From positions 27,495-90,493 of the forward strand of contig DIKU01000064.1 of NCBI GenBank assembly GCA_002424645.1: DNA of 62,999 nucleotides, written 5' to 3'. The translations under genes and the position numbers were made by a program. Shown piece by piece: positions 20,445 to 29,052 of this stretch. Positions within the stretch are counted from its first letter, which is position 1. Every line of letters begins with the position of its first letter. Source of the stretch: Pelobacter sp. UBA5610 (GTDB taxonomy: Bacteria; Desulfobacterota; Desulfuromonadia; Desulfuromonadales; Syntrophotaleaceae). The notes beneath the pieces are model-generated. The model did not search any database and was not told the DNA's origin. It worked only from the letters and a program-made list of their open reading frames with translations.

Positions 20445-20682
20445 AGCATTTTTCCCCATGGCAACAGGCAGAAACAAAACCGTAAATCACGCTATTGCTA
20501 TCATGGATGACCACCCCGACTTATACTGGCAGCTCATAATAGCGACTGTCTGACCAATGTGATTATAGGGGACGAGAAAGGACGAAGTGATCCTGTTTGC
20601 AGCCATGAACATTCAAGAAAAACAGGCAAGATCGACAGCCTTGCACGTTTTCTGTGAATTGGGAGATAGCCCTATGCAACAA

Positions 20683-21483
20683 TTATTCGGAAAAAACAGT
20701 TCCTTTTCCGTAACGTCGATTATGCTCCTTTTGTTCTTGGACAAGCTTTTCCATCTCATCATGCCCTAAAACAGCATTTTCCACAAAAAATTGTCCGAGC
20801 TTCTTCTGTTGCGAGCGCTGGTAAAACAGCATGGTTTGCAGTTGTCGCGGGGTAATAAAATCAAGCCCGACAGCTTTTTCACCAAAGCGGCGCCCGGCCC
20901 CTCGAACGCTCAGGATATGATGAATGTCCCGGGCCTGCAGCCATCCCCACCGCTGGGCGATATCTCCAAGATTGGGCCTTTGTCGCCGTTGCCAGAAAAG
21001 GGCATCCATCAACAGCCGGTAATCGATATATTTACGATAATAAAGATACAACCCGATCTGCAGGCTACGTCGTGGGAGATAGCAGGTTTCGCTGGCCGCA
21101 CCGGTGAATGGTCGTCGCGGCGCTGAGGCATGATCCGCAGGTGAAGAGGTTGGAGCTACCGGCCCTGAAGAAGCACGGGCAGGAGTCCATAATCCACTTT
21201 CGCGTAATTTAAAAAAATCGCAGACAACCTCATAAGAAGACAGCAACCTCTGGAACTGTTCGGTCTGAGTTTGCTGCGCACCCGAATCATCCTGGCCATA
21301 TAAATCAGGATGAGTCTCTTTGACCTTACGGCGGTAGGCGGATTTGGCGCCATTGGGTTGCAAGTAGGAAAGAAAATCCAAGGACAACTGAACCTCGTTT
21401 CCAAACAAGAAACGACAGGCCTCGAAAAGATCGCTTTCAGTTATCCGTGCTATCAAAACCGGCTCCCCTGAAAGTGCCCACAA
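20683..21483 (-). CDS. Class C J-domain (DnaJ-like) protein with C-terminal tandem MshEN-like repeats
   Basis: KSAYRRKVKETHPD...FQRLLSSYEV (J domain, HPD intact); P/S/A-rich linker; four 24-aa repeats of the form x(L/I/F)G...L..Q. Confidence 0.8.
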   Translation of the reverse strand: MWALSGEPVLIARITESDLFEACRFLFGNEVQLSLDFLSYLQPNGAKSAYRRKVKETHPDLYGQDDSGAQQTQTEQFQRLLSSYEVVCDFFKLRESGLWTPARASSGPVAPTSSPADHASAPRRPFTGAASETCYLPRRSLQIGLYLYYRKYIDYRLLMDALFWQRRQRPNLGDIAQRWGWLQARDIHHILSVRGAGRRFGEKAVGLDFITPRQLQTMLFYQRSQQKKLGQFFVENAVLGHDEMEKLVQEQKEHNRRYGKGTVFSE

Positions 21484-22148
21484 TTGCCATCTTTATCCAC
21501 CACAAAATTACACGCCATGAAGATATTTAACAATCTAAAACTCAAAAGTAACATTCGTTCTGCCATTTAACCTTTTGAATTTATTTTGTCAATACGTTTC
21601 CAGCCTTTAAGTGTAAGACGCTATTTACAGACCATAGCCATGCATGCAAACGAATTTATGAGTCAATTTCATTTATAAAATGGCATCATACAACCCGCCG
21701 GTCAGTGCTGCAACGCCAAAGAACTTCCTTTGATCAAAAAAAGCTCAACCCCGTTTGCTCGCAAAAGCCATCTGAATTATCTTTAAGTCAAGTCAGAGTC
21801 TTGACAGCAAAAACCACCGGTTTGAATGTATTTTGACAACCAAACCGGCAAACCTGCCAGAACCCGATAAACAAGGGTTATAATAATCAAAGTATATACC
21901 ATAAACGTCAATTCCATGAAGGCACAAACAACCGCTAAAATCCCGCATTTCAAAATATGCCTAAAACTAGCACTGTTATTCAAATGAACAATTTTGCATT
22001 TACGAACCGCCAATGGCCTTTTTACCTAAACTAATTATCCAGACATTTGAAATCATTCAATTTTTAAAAAACAAAAACACTCTTGGTCTTTTTTCATTAT
22101 TTTTCTAACCTTAATTTGTGAATTATTTTTTTATCATATAGTTTCCTC

Positions 22149-22164
22149 TGGCGTCTATCATGCA
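22149..22164 (+). promoter_or_regulatory. Putative sigma54 (-24/-12) promoter of the chemoreceptor gene
   Basis: TGGCGTCTATCATGCA = GG-N10-GC, directly after a long AT-rich tract. Confidence 0.5.
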
Positions 22165-22173
22165 TTTTGTGTA

Positions 22174-22201
22174 TAAAAAAAGTCGCATATGCAGCCGATA
22201 T
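22174..22201 (+). promoter_or_regulatory. Putative sigma28 (FliA) promoter
   Basis: TAAA-N16-GCCGATAT versus consensus TAAA-N15-GCCGATAA; upstream of an MCP gene. Confidence 0.4.
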
Positions 22202-22450
22202 GACTGCAAAGCAACAGAAAGTACCCACAAATGACCAAAGCACAAATCACAACACTGTTTTATTTTCGAGCTATACATTCGGAGCTCGGATCTATCCTGA
22301 AACAAACCGATACCAAACAGGCATAGATCCAAAACACAGCGCGCCATGCTTTACCGAACACCCTTTTAACCCGAGTTTTCAGTTTGAAAAATCATTCAAT
22401 CCGGCCGCTATGTTCGTACCTAATAAGGCCAATAAAGGGAGGGGCAACTC

Positions 22451-24598
22451 GTGAAGGATCTGAAAATCCCAACAAAGATTTTTTTGCTCAGTGGCAGCAT
22501 CATCTTGATTTTCACCCTTGTTGCATCGTGGCTGTACATCCATTTTCGCAGCAACATCATGGAAGCGCGCCGCAACGAAATTCAGCATGTGGTCGAATCC
22601 GCATGGGGACAAGTTGAACACTACGCCCGCATGGCCAAAACTGGCCAGATGAGCACCGAGGAAGCCCAGAACCAAGCCAAGGCCATCGTTCAAGACCTGC
22701 GCTTCGCCAACGACAACTATTTCTGGATCAACGACATGCAGCCCAGCATGATCCTCCACCCCCTTGACTCTCAACTGAATGGCAAATCCCTGGCCACCAT
22801 GGAAGATTCCAACGGCATGCGCATGTTCGTTAAAATGGCCGAACTGTGCCGGAAGGATGGTGAGGGATTTCTGGAATATGCATGGCACAAGGAAGGCTCG
22901 ACAAAACCTGTAGGCAAAATTTCCTTTGTTAAAATGGTACCGGAATGGAACTGGATCATCGGGGCTGGTCTCTACCTTGATGATATCCACCAGGTTCTGG
23001 CCAAACTTTTCTATACCACCTTTGGCATCTTGCTGATCGTCATCGTTTCATCCATGACGCTGGTATATTTCGTTACCCGCGCCATATCCAGACCGCTCAA
23101 CGAATCCGCCGAAATCATGGAAAAAATTGGCAAAGGCGACTTCAGCCTGCGTCTTGAACTTGATCGAAAAGACGAAATCGGCCGCATGGCTAATGCCCTT
23201 AACGAGTGTATCGATAACGTGCGGGAAATGTTTTTAAACATCCGCACCATGGGTGTGCAGATCGCGGTTAACACCCTGAAGGTTTCCAGTCAGGTCGACA
23301 TATCCGCCCGCAACTCCATCGAGCAGGGACTGCTGGCACAGGATATTTTTGCCAGCAGCCAGGAGACCACGGCCGCCCATGGAGAAATCTCCAACAACAC
23401 TCAAAAAATTTGCGCGTCAACCTCCAACAACTTGGAAACCGCGCAGAGTTCCTTCCAGGAACTGATGGAAACCAATGCCAGCATCAACAGCATGACGGAA
23501 AAAATTGCCGGGTACACCATTACCATCGGCAAAATGGATACAGAATCCCAAGACATTAAAAAGATCGTGTCTCTGATCAAATCGATCGCAACACAGACCT
23601 CCTTGCTGTCACTCAATGCTGCCATCGAAGCCGCCAGAGCCGGCCAGGCCGGCAAGGGTTTCGCAATTGTTGCTGATGAGGTCAAGGCCCTGGCTGAACA
23701 GGTCAATGCCGCCAGCGAGGACATTGCCGGCAAGATCAACAATATGCTGTCTCACATCGAAACCTGCATCAGCGAGACGGAGGATATCAGCAACGTCGCC
23801 AAAGATACCCAGACAGCGGTAAGCAAATCATGCGAAAGCTTTAAAACCATGATTTCTGACCTTGAAAAGAGCGACGATCAACTGCAGAGCATCACCGCAT
23901 CGGTTGAAGAACTCTCGGCGGCCAACAACGAGGTACACGGCAAGGTCGACAATATCAACCAGATCAGTCGCGAAGTCTCCGATACCATGGAAGAGGCGAA
24001 AGATTCGACCGAAAGTCTTTACCAGATCACAGAAAACCTGCAGCGCATGAACGCCCGCTTCAAAACCGGCATTGGCTACGGTGAACATTGCGTCAACGAG
24101 GTCCGCAAAGCCCGCAGCAAAATACGCAAAAGCATGGAAAAGATGCTCGAACGCGGCATCGATATTTTTGACCGGAATTATCAACCGATCCCCGGGACCA
24201 ACCCGCAAAAATTTCAGACCGTCTACGTCGACGCCTTTGCCAGAGAGCTGCAACCGATCTACGACAAACTGGTAAGTGACCTCAAAGGCGGCGTTTTTGC
24301 TCTGTGTGTCGACGTCAACGGTTACGGTGCCACCCACAACAGCTTCTGCTCACAACCGTTAACCGGAGATCCTGAATACGACGCCATCCATAGCCGCGAC
24401 CAGCGTATCTTCGACGACCCCAGCAGCCTGTCAGCCGCGACCAATACCGACCCCGTTTTGCTGCATACCTACAAACGGGATGATGGTTCGATTCTGAGTG
24501 AATTTGCCATGCCGATATATGTCAACGGTAAACACTGGGGTGCCTTGCGTCTCGGTTGCGATCCCGAGGTGGTTATGGATATGACCTACACTGCCTGA
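22451..24598 (+). CDS. Methyl-accepting chemotaxis protein: TM-sCache-TM-HAMP-MA plus an extra ~170-aa C-terminal domain
   Basis: SD GGGAGG with GTG start; YFWIND..M..HP (Cache), RKDEIG (HAMP), [31 protein letters not shown] hairpin. Confidence 0.95.
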   Translation: MKDLKIPTKIFLLSGSIILIFTLVASWLYIHFRSNIMEARRNEIQHVVESAWGQVEHYARMAKTGQMSTEEAQNQAKAIVQDLRFANDNYFWINDMQPSMILHPLDSQLNGKSLATMEDSNGMRMFVKMAELCRKDGEGFLEYAWHKEGSTKPVGKISFVKMVPEWNWIIGAGLYLDDIHQVLAKLFYTTFGILLIVIVSSMTLVYFVTRAISRPLNESAEIMEKIGKGDFSLRLELDRKDEIGRMANALNECIDNVREMFLNIRTMGVQIAVNTLKVSSQVDISARNSIEQGLLAQDIFASSQETTAAHGEISNNTQKICASTSNNLETAQSSFQELMETNASINSMTEKIAGYTITIGKMDTESQDIKKIVSLIKSIATQTSLLSLNAAIEAARAGQAGKGFAIVADEVKALAEQVNAASEDIAGKINNMLSHIETCISETEDISNVAKDTQTAVSKSCESFKTMISDLEKSDDQLQSITASVEELSAANNEVHGKVDNINQISREVSDTMEEAKDSTESLYQITENLQRMNARFKTGIGYGEHCVNEVRKARSKIRKSMEKMLERGIDIFDRNYQPIPGTNPQKFQTVYVDAFARELQPIYDKLVSDLKGGVFALCVDVNGYGATHNSFCSQPLTGDPEYDAIHSRDQRIFDDPSSLSAATNTDPVLLHTYKRDDGSILSEFAMPIYVNGKHWGALRLGCDPEVVMDMTYTA

Positions 24599-24616
24599 AA
24601 CATCCAGCATTAAATT

Positions 24617-24654
24617 AAAAGCCCCAACCCGAACAACCGGTTGGGGCTTTTTTT
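24617..24654. terminator. Bidirectional intrinsic terminator
   Basis: AAAA-GCCCCAACC ... GGTTGGGGC-TTTTTTT between convergent genes. Confidence 0.88.
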
Positions 24655-25747
24655 ATTCACCAAGGGAATCCAGACGCACCTCACATGGCAGCAATGGTCG
24701 TGGCAACAAGCGCTCCGGCAGGTGAACCAGCGTGGTTCCGGACGGTGACTCCAACTCATCATAGAGCTTTTGACTCATTTCCCCGCAGGATTTAGATAGA
24801 TGGACGGGCAGGTAAAAGGCAGGCCGTAATTTCTGTAATAAAAGATTCATATCGAGGGTGCACAAATGACGGGAACGGCGGGCTTTCTCCACATGATCCG
24901 CCAGGAAAGCGCACTCCCCTACCAGCAGAGTAACCCCTTGCAGCAGATCGACAACCGTTGCCGCATTCTTTTCGGAATAACCAAGATCCGTCATATAGCC
25001 AATAGATGACGGCACCAAACGCTTGCGGATGACCTCATACAATCTGCGCGTATCCGCAACCTCCTGCGAATGCTCCTTCTTGCCATGGCTGCGCATAACC
25101 GGCAAAGCCTCTTCACCCAACAGCCTCTTGTGAAATTGGCGCTTCAACTGTTTAATCCATGGCCCGCCTGCCAGCCCCGCGGCAGCAAGCCGGCCGGAAT
25201 CCAGACAAAATGTCGGTTGTTCGGTAATCCGATACAGCAGCACAGGAATATGGTGATCGACCTGTTGTGCCTCCACGCTCACCCATCGATTACTGAAAAC
25301 AATCCGGTCGATGCGACCAACCTTGCCATCAGGCTGCCTTCTAAAGCGTTGCGGCCCCGGGAACAACCACCTCTGAATGTGTCTGGGGAAAATTTCATGT
25401 ACGCGAAAGGTGCACCAGAAGCTCTCGTTGAGATTCCAATCATAGGCGCAAAGCTTATGTTCTATTTTTTCGGCCAGACCGGGAGGTCCAAAAACATCCA
25501 AAATCCGAGGCGAGACCAAGACATGCCGAACCAGAGTATCAAATCCCATGAAGTGATCCATGTGGGCGTGCGTAACAAACAGTGCGGCAACAGACTTCAA
25601 TGTCCTCTTCGCCATATGATGCAACTGACCGCAATCAAACAACAAGGCGCGCCCCCACGGACGCACCCTCACCCACAACACCGGATCATCCAACAGACCG
25701 GCAAAAAAGGTTGGTTCCATATACCTGAAAGGAATGCGCAACGTCAT
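24653..25747 (-). CDS. RNase Z-like metallo-beta-lactamase-fold protein
   Basis: LLFDCG, THAHMDH, exosite-like GLAGGPWI, YMTD, RHLCT, PVHLS; start reassigned to ATG 25747. Confidence 0.75.
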   Translation of the reverse strand: MTLRIPFRYMEPTFFAGLLDDPVLWVRVRPWGRALLFDCGQLHHMAKRTLKSVAALFVTHAHMDHFMGFDTLVRHVLVSPRILDVFGPPGLAEKIEHKLCAYDWNLNESFWCTFRVHEIFPRHIQRWLFPGPQRFRRQPDGKVGRIDRIVFSNRWVSVEAQQVDHHIPVLLYRITEQPTFCLDSGRLAAAGLAGGPWIKQLKRQFHKRLLGEEALPVMRSHGKKEHSQEVADTRRLYEVIRKRLVPSSIGYMTDLGYSEKNAATVVDLLQGVTLLVGECAFLADHVEKARRSRHLCTLDMNLLLQKLRPAFYLPVHLSKSCGEMSQKLYDELESPSGTTLVHLPERLLPRPLLPCEVRLDSLGE

Positions 25748-25807
25748 GGCATGTTCTCCGGCACACACAGAAAATATCTTCTGTTAACTGTACCAGACAA
25801 CCAAGGC

Positions 25808-26473
25808 CTAAACTTTGGAGAGAGGGGTCATCCTGGAAAAATCGATGAGCAAAGCCGTGGGGATGAACGTATCCGCTTCGTTGAGGGGAGCGCCGAACAG
25901 CGCCGATGTGAAGGCGCCGAACAGCGCCATTTCCTGCTCGAAAAGTTTCTGGAACTCCCCCCGAATCTGCGGCATGGCAAGGGGGTCCACTCCTGTAAAA
26001 TTCAAACTGCAGTATAATTCGGAAAAGCGCGTGCCGGACAGATCGATATTGGGCAGACCATGCTGGCGGCAAACCAGCGGCCGCCATGCATAGACCAGGC
26101 AGGAGCCATCTTCACCGAGCAAGGGACACGGTGTCTGATCTTCCTCTGGCATTTCCGTCCAGACATGGTCCGGCATGGAATTAAGCATATAGGGATGTGC
26201 AAAGCCTGGCCACTGTTGCTGTAGCTGACGCAGCCTGTCTTCTGCCTTAACGAGTACCTGCCGTCGATCGACCTCCGGCAACTGCGAAAACCCTATCTGA
26301 AGCAGATAGGCATCGATCAAGGTGATATCGAACAGACCTCGACAACAGGAGCAACACCCCTTATCGCAACGTATCAGTTCACCCGCCTTGACCTTGCAAC
26401 GGGCGAACCACGCATCGACCGTTTCCAATACGCTCTTGTACTGCAGAGCTATGTCATCCAGCCTGGCAGACAT
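25808..26473 (-). CDS. YkgJ-family cysteine-cluster protein
   Basis: CDKGCCSCC, CPLL..DGSCLVY.WRP.VCRQHGLP, YCSLN; start overlaps the can stop (TGATG). Confidence 0.85.
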   Translation of the reverse strand: MSARLDDIALQYKSVLETVDAWFARCKVKAGELIRCDKGCCSCCRGLFDITLIDAYLLQIGFSQLPEVDRRQVLVKAEDRLRQLQQQWPGFAHPYMLNSMPDHVWTEMPEEDQTPCPLLGEDGSCLVYAWRPLVCRQHGLPNIDLSGTRFSELYCSLNFTGVDPLAMPQIRGEFQKLFEQEMALFGAFTSALFGAPLNEADTFIPTALLIDFSRMTPLSKV

Positions 26474-27117
26474 CAGGCTTTCGCGCGTCGAACCAAGGGC
26501 TGAAACGCTCCGGTATCCGGCGAGTAGCTCAGTAACTCACCTTTTACCAGATCAAAATACCAACCGTGCAGAAACAATTGCCCTTTTTCGGCCTTTTCTC
26601 GCAACCAGGGAAAAGTAAGCAAATTATCCAGCGACAGAAGGATCGCCGCCTGTTCGCAAGCGCGTTGCTTCACCTCTGCCGGCTTACCGGAAAGCCGATC
26701 CTCAACTTCTTGCTTTGCCGCGGAAACCATTCCCACCCAATGGCCGATAAATTCACTCTGGCCGGCGCCTTCATTTTTCATCAGATAGGCAATCCCGCCG
26801 CACTGGGAATGTCCAAGGACAATGACATGCTGCACCTGTAAGCCGCAAACGGCGTACTCCAGGGCCGCACTGATACCGTGATGGCCTGCATCCGGCTCAT
26901 ACGGGGGAACCAGGTTGCCGACATTGCGCACCACAAACAACTCACCCGGGGCGCTGTCGGTAAGGATGGCCGGATCTACCCGGGAATCGCAGCAACCGAT
27001 AACCAGAGTATTCGGATTCTGCCCTCCCTTGAGCTCATCGAAGAGTTCGTTGTCACCACGAAAATAGACTTTTTGAAAACGTCTGAAACCGGTTATCAGC
27101 CGTGCAATATCTTCCAT
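26473..27117 (-). CDS. can: Beta-class carbonic anhydrase
   Basis: GCCDSRV, GELFVVRNVGN, LEYAV, GHSQCGG zinc ligands. Confidence 0.94.
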   Translation of the reverse strand: MEDIARLITGFRRFQKVYFRGDNELFDELKGGQNPNTLVIGCCDSRVDPAILTDSAPGELFVVRNVGNLVPPYEPDAGHHGISAALEYAVCGLQVQHVIVLGHSQCGGIAYLMKNEGAGQSEFIGHWVGMVSAAKQEVEDRLSGKPAEVKQRACEQAAILLSLDNLLTFPWLREKAEKGQLFLHGWYFDLVKGELLSYSPDTGAFQPLVRRAKA

Positions 27118-27315
27118 CGACCTTCTCAGTTAAATCGGGTTAAAAAACAAACAAAAACCATCAACAACGCACCATATTGCCACGAACAGCTTGTTTGAGA
27201 AAAGTATTTTTATAAAGAAAAACCCTCCCGGCAAAGAATCCTGAAGGTTGCATGGCATAATTATATGCTGAAACGGTTGATTTCTGCCACGTTTACCTGA
27301 CCGGGGAACAGTTTA

Positions 27316-28227
27316 ATGCCAAGTGTTATCGCAGTCAAAAATCTAAAAAAGGCCTTCGGTGCCTTCAAGGCCGTGGACGGCATATCCTTTACTGTACAAA
27401 AAGCCGAATGTTTCGGCCTGCTTGGACCGAACGGCGCCGGAAAGACAAGCACCATTCGCATGTTGTACGGGTATAGTCCGATAAGCGACGGCGAATTGTA
27501 CCTCTTTGACCAACGTATAAGGAGTGAATGGAGGGCGGTTAAAAATCGCATAGGCATCTGTCAACAGGAAGACAACCTTGACCCCGACCTCAGTGTGCGC
27601 GACAACCTGCTGACCTATGCACGCTATTTCAATCTTACGGCAGCAGACGCCCGCGCAACCACCGACCGCCTGCTGGATTTCTTTGCCCTGGATAATCGCG
27701 CCAAAACCACTATCAGGGAATTGTCAGGCGGTATGAAACGTAGGCTGGTGCTGGCGCGGTCCCTGATTAACAACCCCGACCTGTTGATCCTGGATGAACC
27801 AACCACCGGTCTCGACCCCCAGTCCCGGCACCAGGTCTGGGAACGTCTGGAGGAGTTGAAAAACGGCGGGCTGACCATCCTTCTCACCACCCACTACATG
27901 GAGGAAGCAGCACGTTTGTGCGACCGGTTGGTCATCATGAATCAAGGTCGGATTCTGGTCGAGGGGCAGCCACAGGAACTGATCCGGCAATATGTTGGCC
28001 GTGAAATCATCGAAATCGCCCCATTCGACCCGGAGTTGCTCACATGCCTGCAGAACCGGGGACTCTACTTCGAAACTTTCGGCCAGCGCCTGGTTATCCA
28101 TAATCAGGCCGATGTCGGGCTTTTTGCGGCATTGAGCGAAGTTTTCGGCGGACGCCGCTGCACCTTGAGACCGGCAACCCTGGAGGATGTGTTTCTTCAC
28201 CTGACCGGAAGGGAGCTACGCGAATGA
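27316..28227 (+). CDS. ABC-2 exporter ATP-binding subunit (NodI-like)
   Basis: GPNGAGKT, LSGGMKRRL, LILDEPTTGLDPQSR, TTHYMEEA. Confidence 0.92.
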   Translation: MPSVIAVKNLKKAFGAFKAVDGISFTVQKAECFGLLGPNGAGKTSTIRMLYGYSPISDGELYLFDQRIRSEWRAVKNRIGICQQEDNLDPDLSVRDNLLTYARYFNLTAADARATTDRLLDFFALDNRAKTTIRELSGGMKRRLVLARSLINNPDLLILDEPTTGLDPQSRHQVWERLEELKNGGLTILLTTHYMEEAARLCDRLVIMNQGRILVEGQPQELIRQYVGREIIEIAPFDPELLTCLQNRGLYFETFGQRLVIHNQADVGLFAALSEVFGGRRCTLRPATLEDVFLHLTGRELRE

Positions 28228-29009
28228 TGCGGAATTTCTCCATCAGCGTTCGCTGGATGCGCGTCTGGCAGCGCAACTTCAGCGTCTATCGGCATACCTG
28301 GAAAATCAGTTTCCTGCCACCGCTACTGGAGCCGTTGTTTTATCTGGCCGCTTTCGGCATCGGTCTGAGCAGCCTGGTGAGTAATTTTTCCTACCGTGGC
28401 CAGGAAATCGCCTACCTGCCCTTCATCGCCCCGGCTCTGCTGGCCATCACCATCATGTACAACGCTTTTTTTGAAACCAGTTACGCCTCTTTCGTACGCA
28501 TGTACTACCAGAAAACCTTCGATGCCATGCTGGCCACCCCACTGACCCTCGAAGAGGTCATCACCGGAGAAATCGCCTGGGCCGCCACCAAATCGGCCAT
28601 CGCTGCGGTATTGATGCAGATCGTCATCAGCCTGTGCGGACTGATCCATTACCCGGAGGGCCTCTTTATCCTGCCTTTAGCTGCCCTGGGGGGATTGGCC
28701 TTTGCTGCCATCGGCATGGTTTTCACAGGTCTGGTACCGAACATCGAAACCTTCAACCTCCCGATCTTTCTCTTTATCACCCCCATGTTTCTGTTCAGCG
28801 GCACCTTCTTCCCCCTGCAAAACCTGCCCACATGGGCCCAATGGCTGGCGCAGATTTTCCCCCTGACCCATCTAACCATACTGGTTCGTGCCTGCGCATT
28901 GGGCAGGCTCGAACTACCCCTGTTAGGGAGCCTTGCTTACCTGGTGGTGTTTTTCCTGATCACATACCCTCTCGCCTTACGCGGCATGCGCAAACGTCTG
29001 ATCAAATAA
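28224..29009 (+). CDS. ABC-2 exporter permease (NodJ-like)
   Basis: VWQRN, LEPLFYL..FG.GL, Y..F.AP, RM..QKTF..ML.TP, PMFLFSGTFFP, PLTH. Confidence 0.9.
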   Translation: MMRNFSISVRWMRVWQRNFSVYRHTWKISFLPPLLEPLFYLAAFGIGLSSLVSNFSYRGQEIAYLPFIAPALLAITIMYNAFFETSYASFVRMYYQKTFDAMLATPLTLEEVITGEIAWAATKSAIAAVLMQIVISLCGLIHYPEGLFILPLAALGGLAFAAIGMVFTGLVPNIETFNLPIFLFITPMFLFSGTFFPLQNLPTWAQWLAQIFPLTHLTILVRACALGRLELPLLGSLAYLVVFFLITYPLALRGMRKRLIK

Positions 29010-29052
29010 GACCCCCTTCGAGCAGTAAGGCAGACTCATGCCATAACACACC

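Noticed and set aside
21484-22450. Searched for a c-di-GMP/cGAMP (GEMM-I) riboswitch and small ORFs; GGCAAACC occurs at 21847
   Set aside because: The GAAA-loop stem and downstream GACGCAAAGC element are missing; the short ORFs lack SD sequences and recognisable features
25890-25928. 15-bp direct repeat GCGCCGAACAGCGCC at a 24-bp period
   Set aside because: Only two copies, in frame within ykgJ (ALFGA twice); a small coding duplication, not a CRISPR or mobile repeat
27252-27267. TGGCATAATTATATGC as a sigma54 promoter for the ABC exporter
   Set aside because: GG-to-GC spacing is 11, not the required 10
27316-29009. NodI/NodJ similarity as evidence of Nod-factor export
   Set aside because: No nodABC-like genes are present; such ABC-2 pairs are widespread in non-rhizobia and the substrate cannot be inferred
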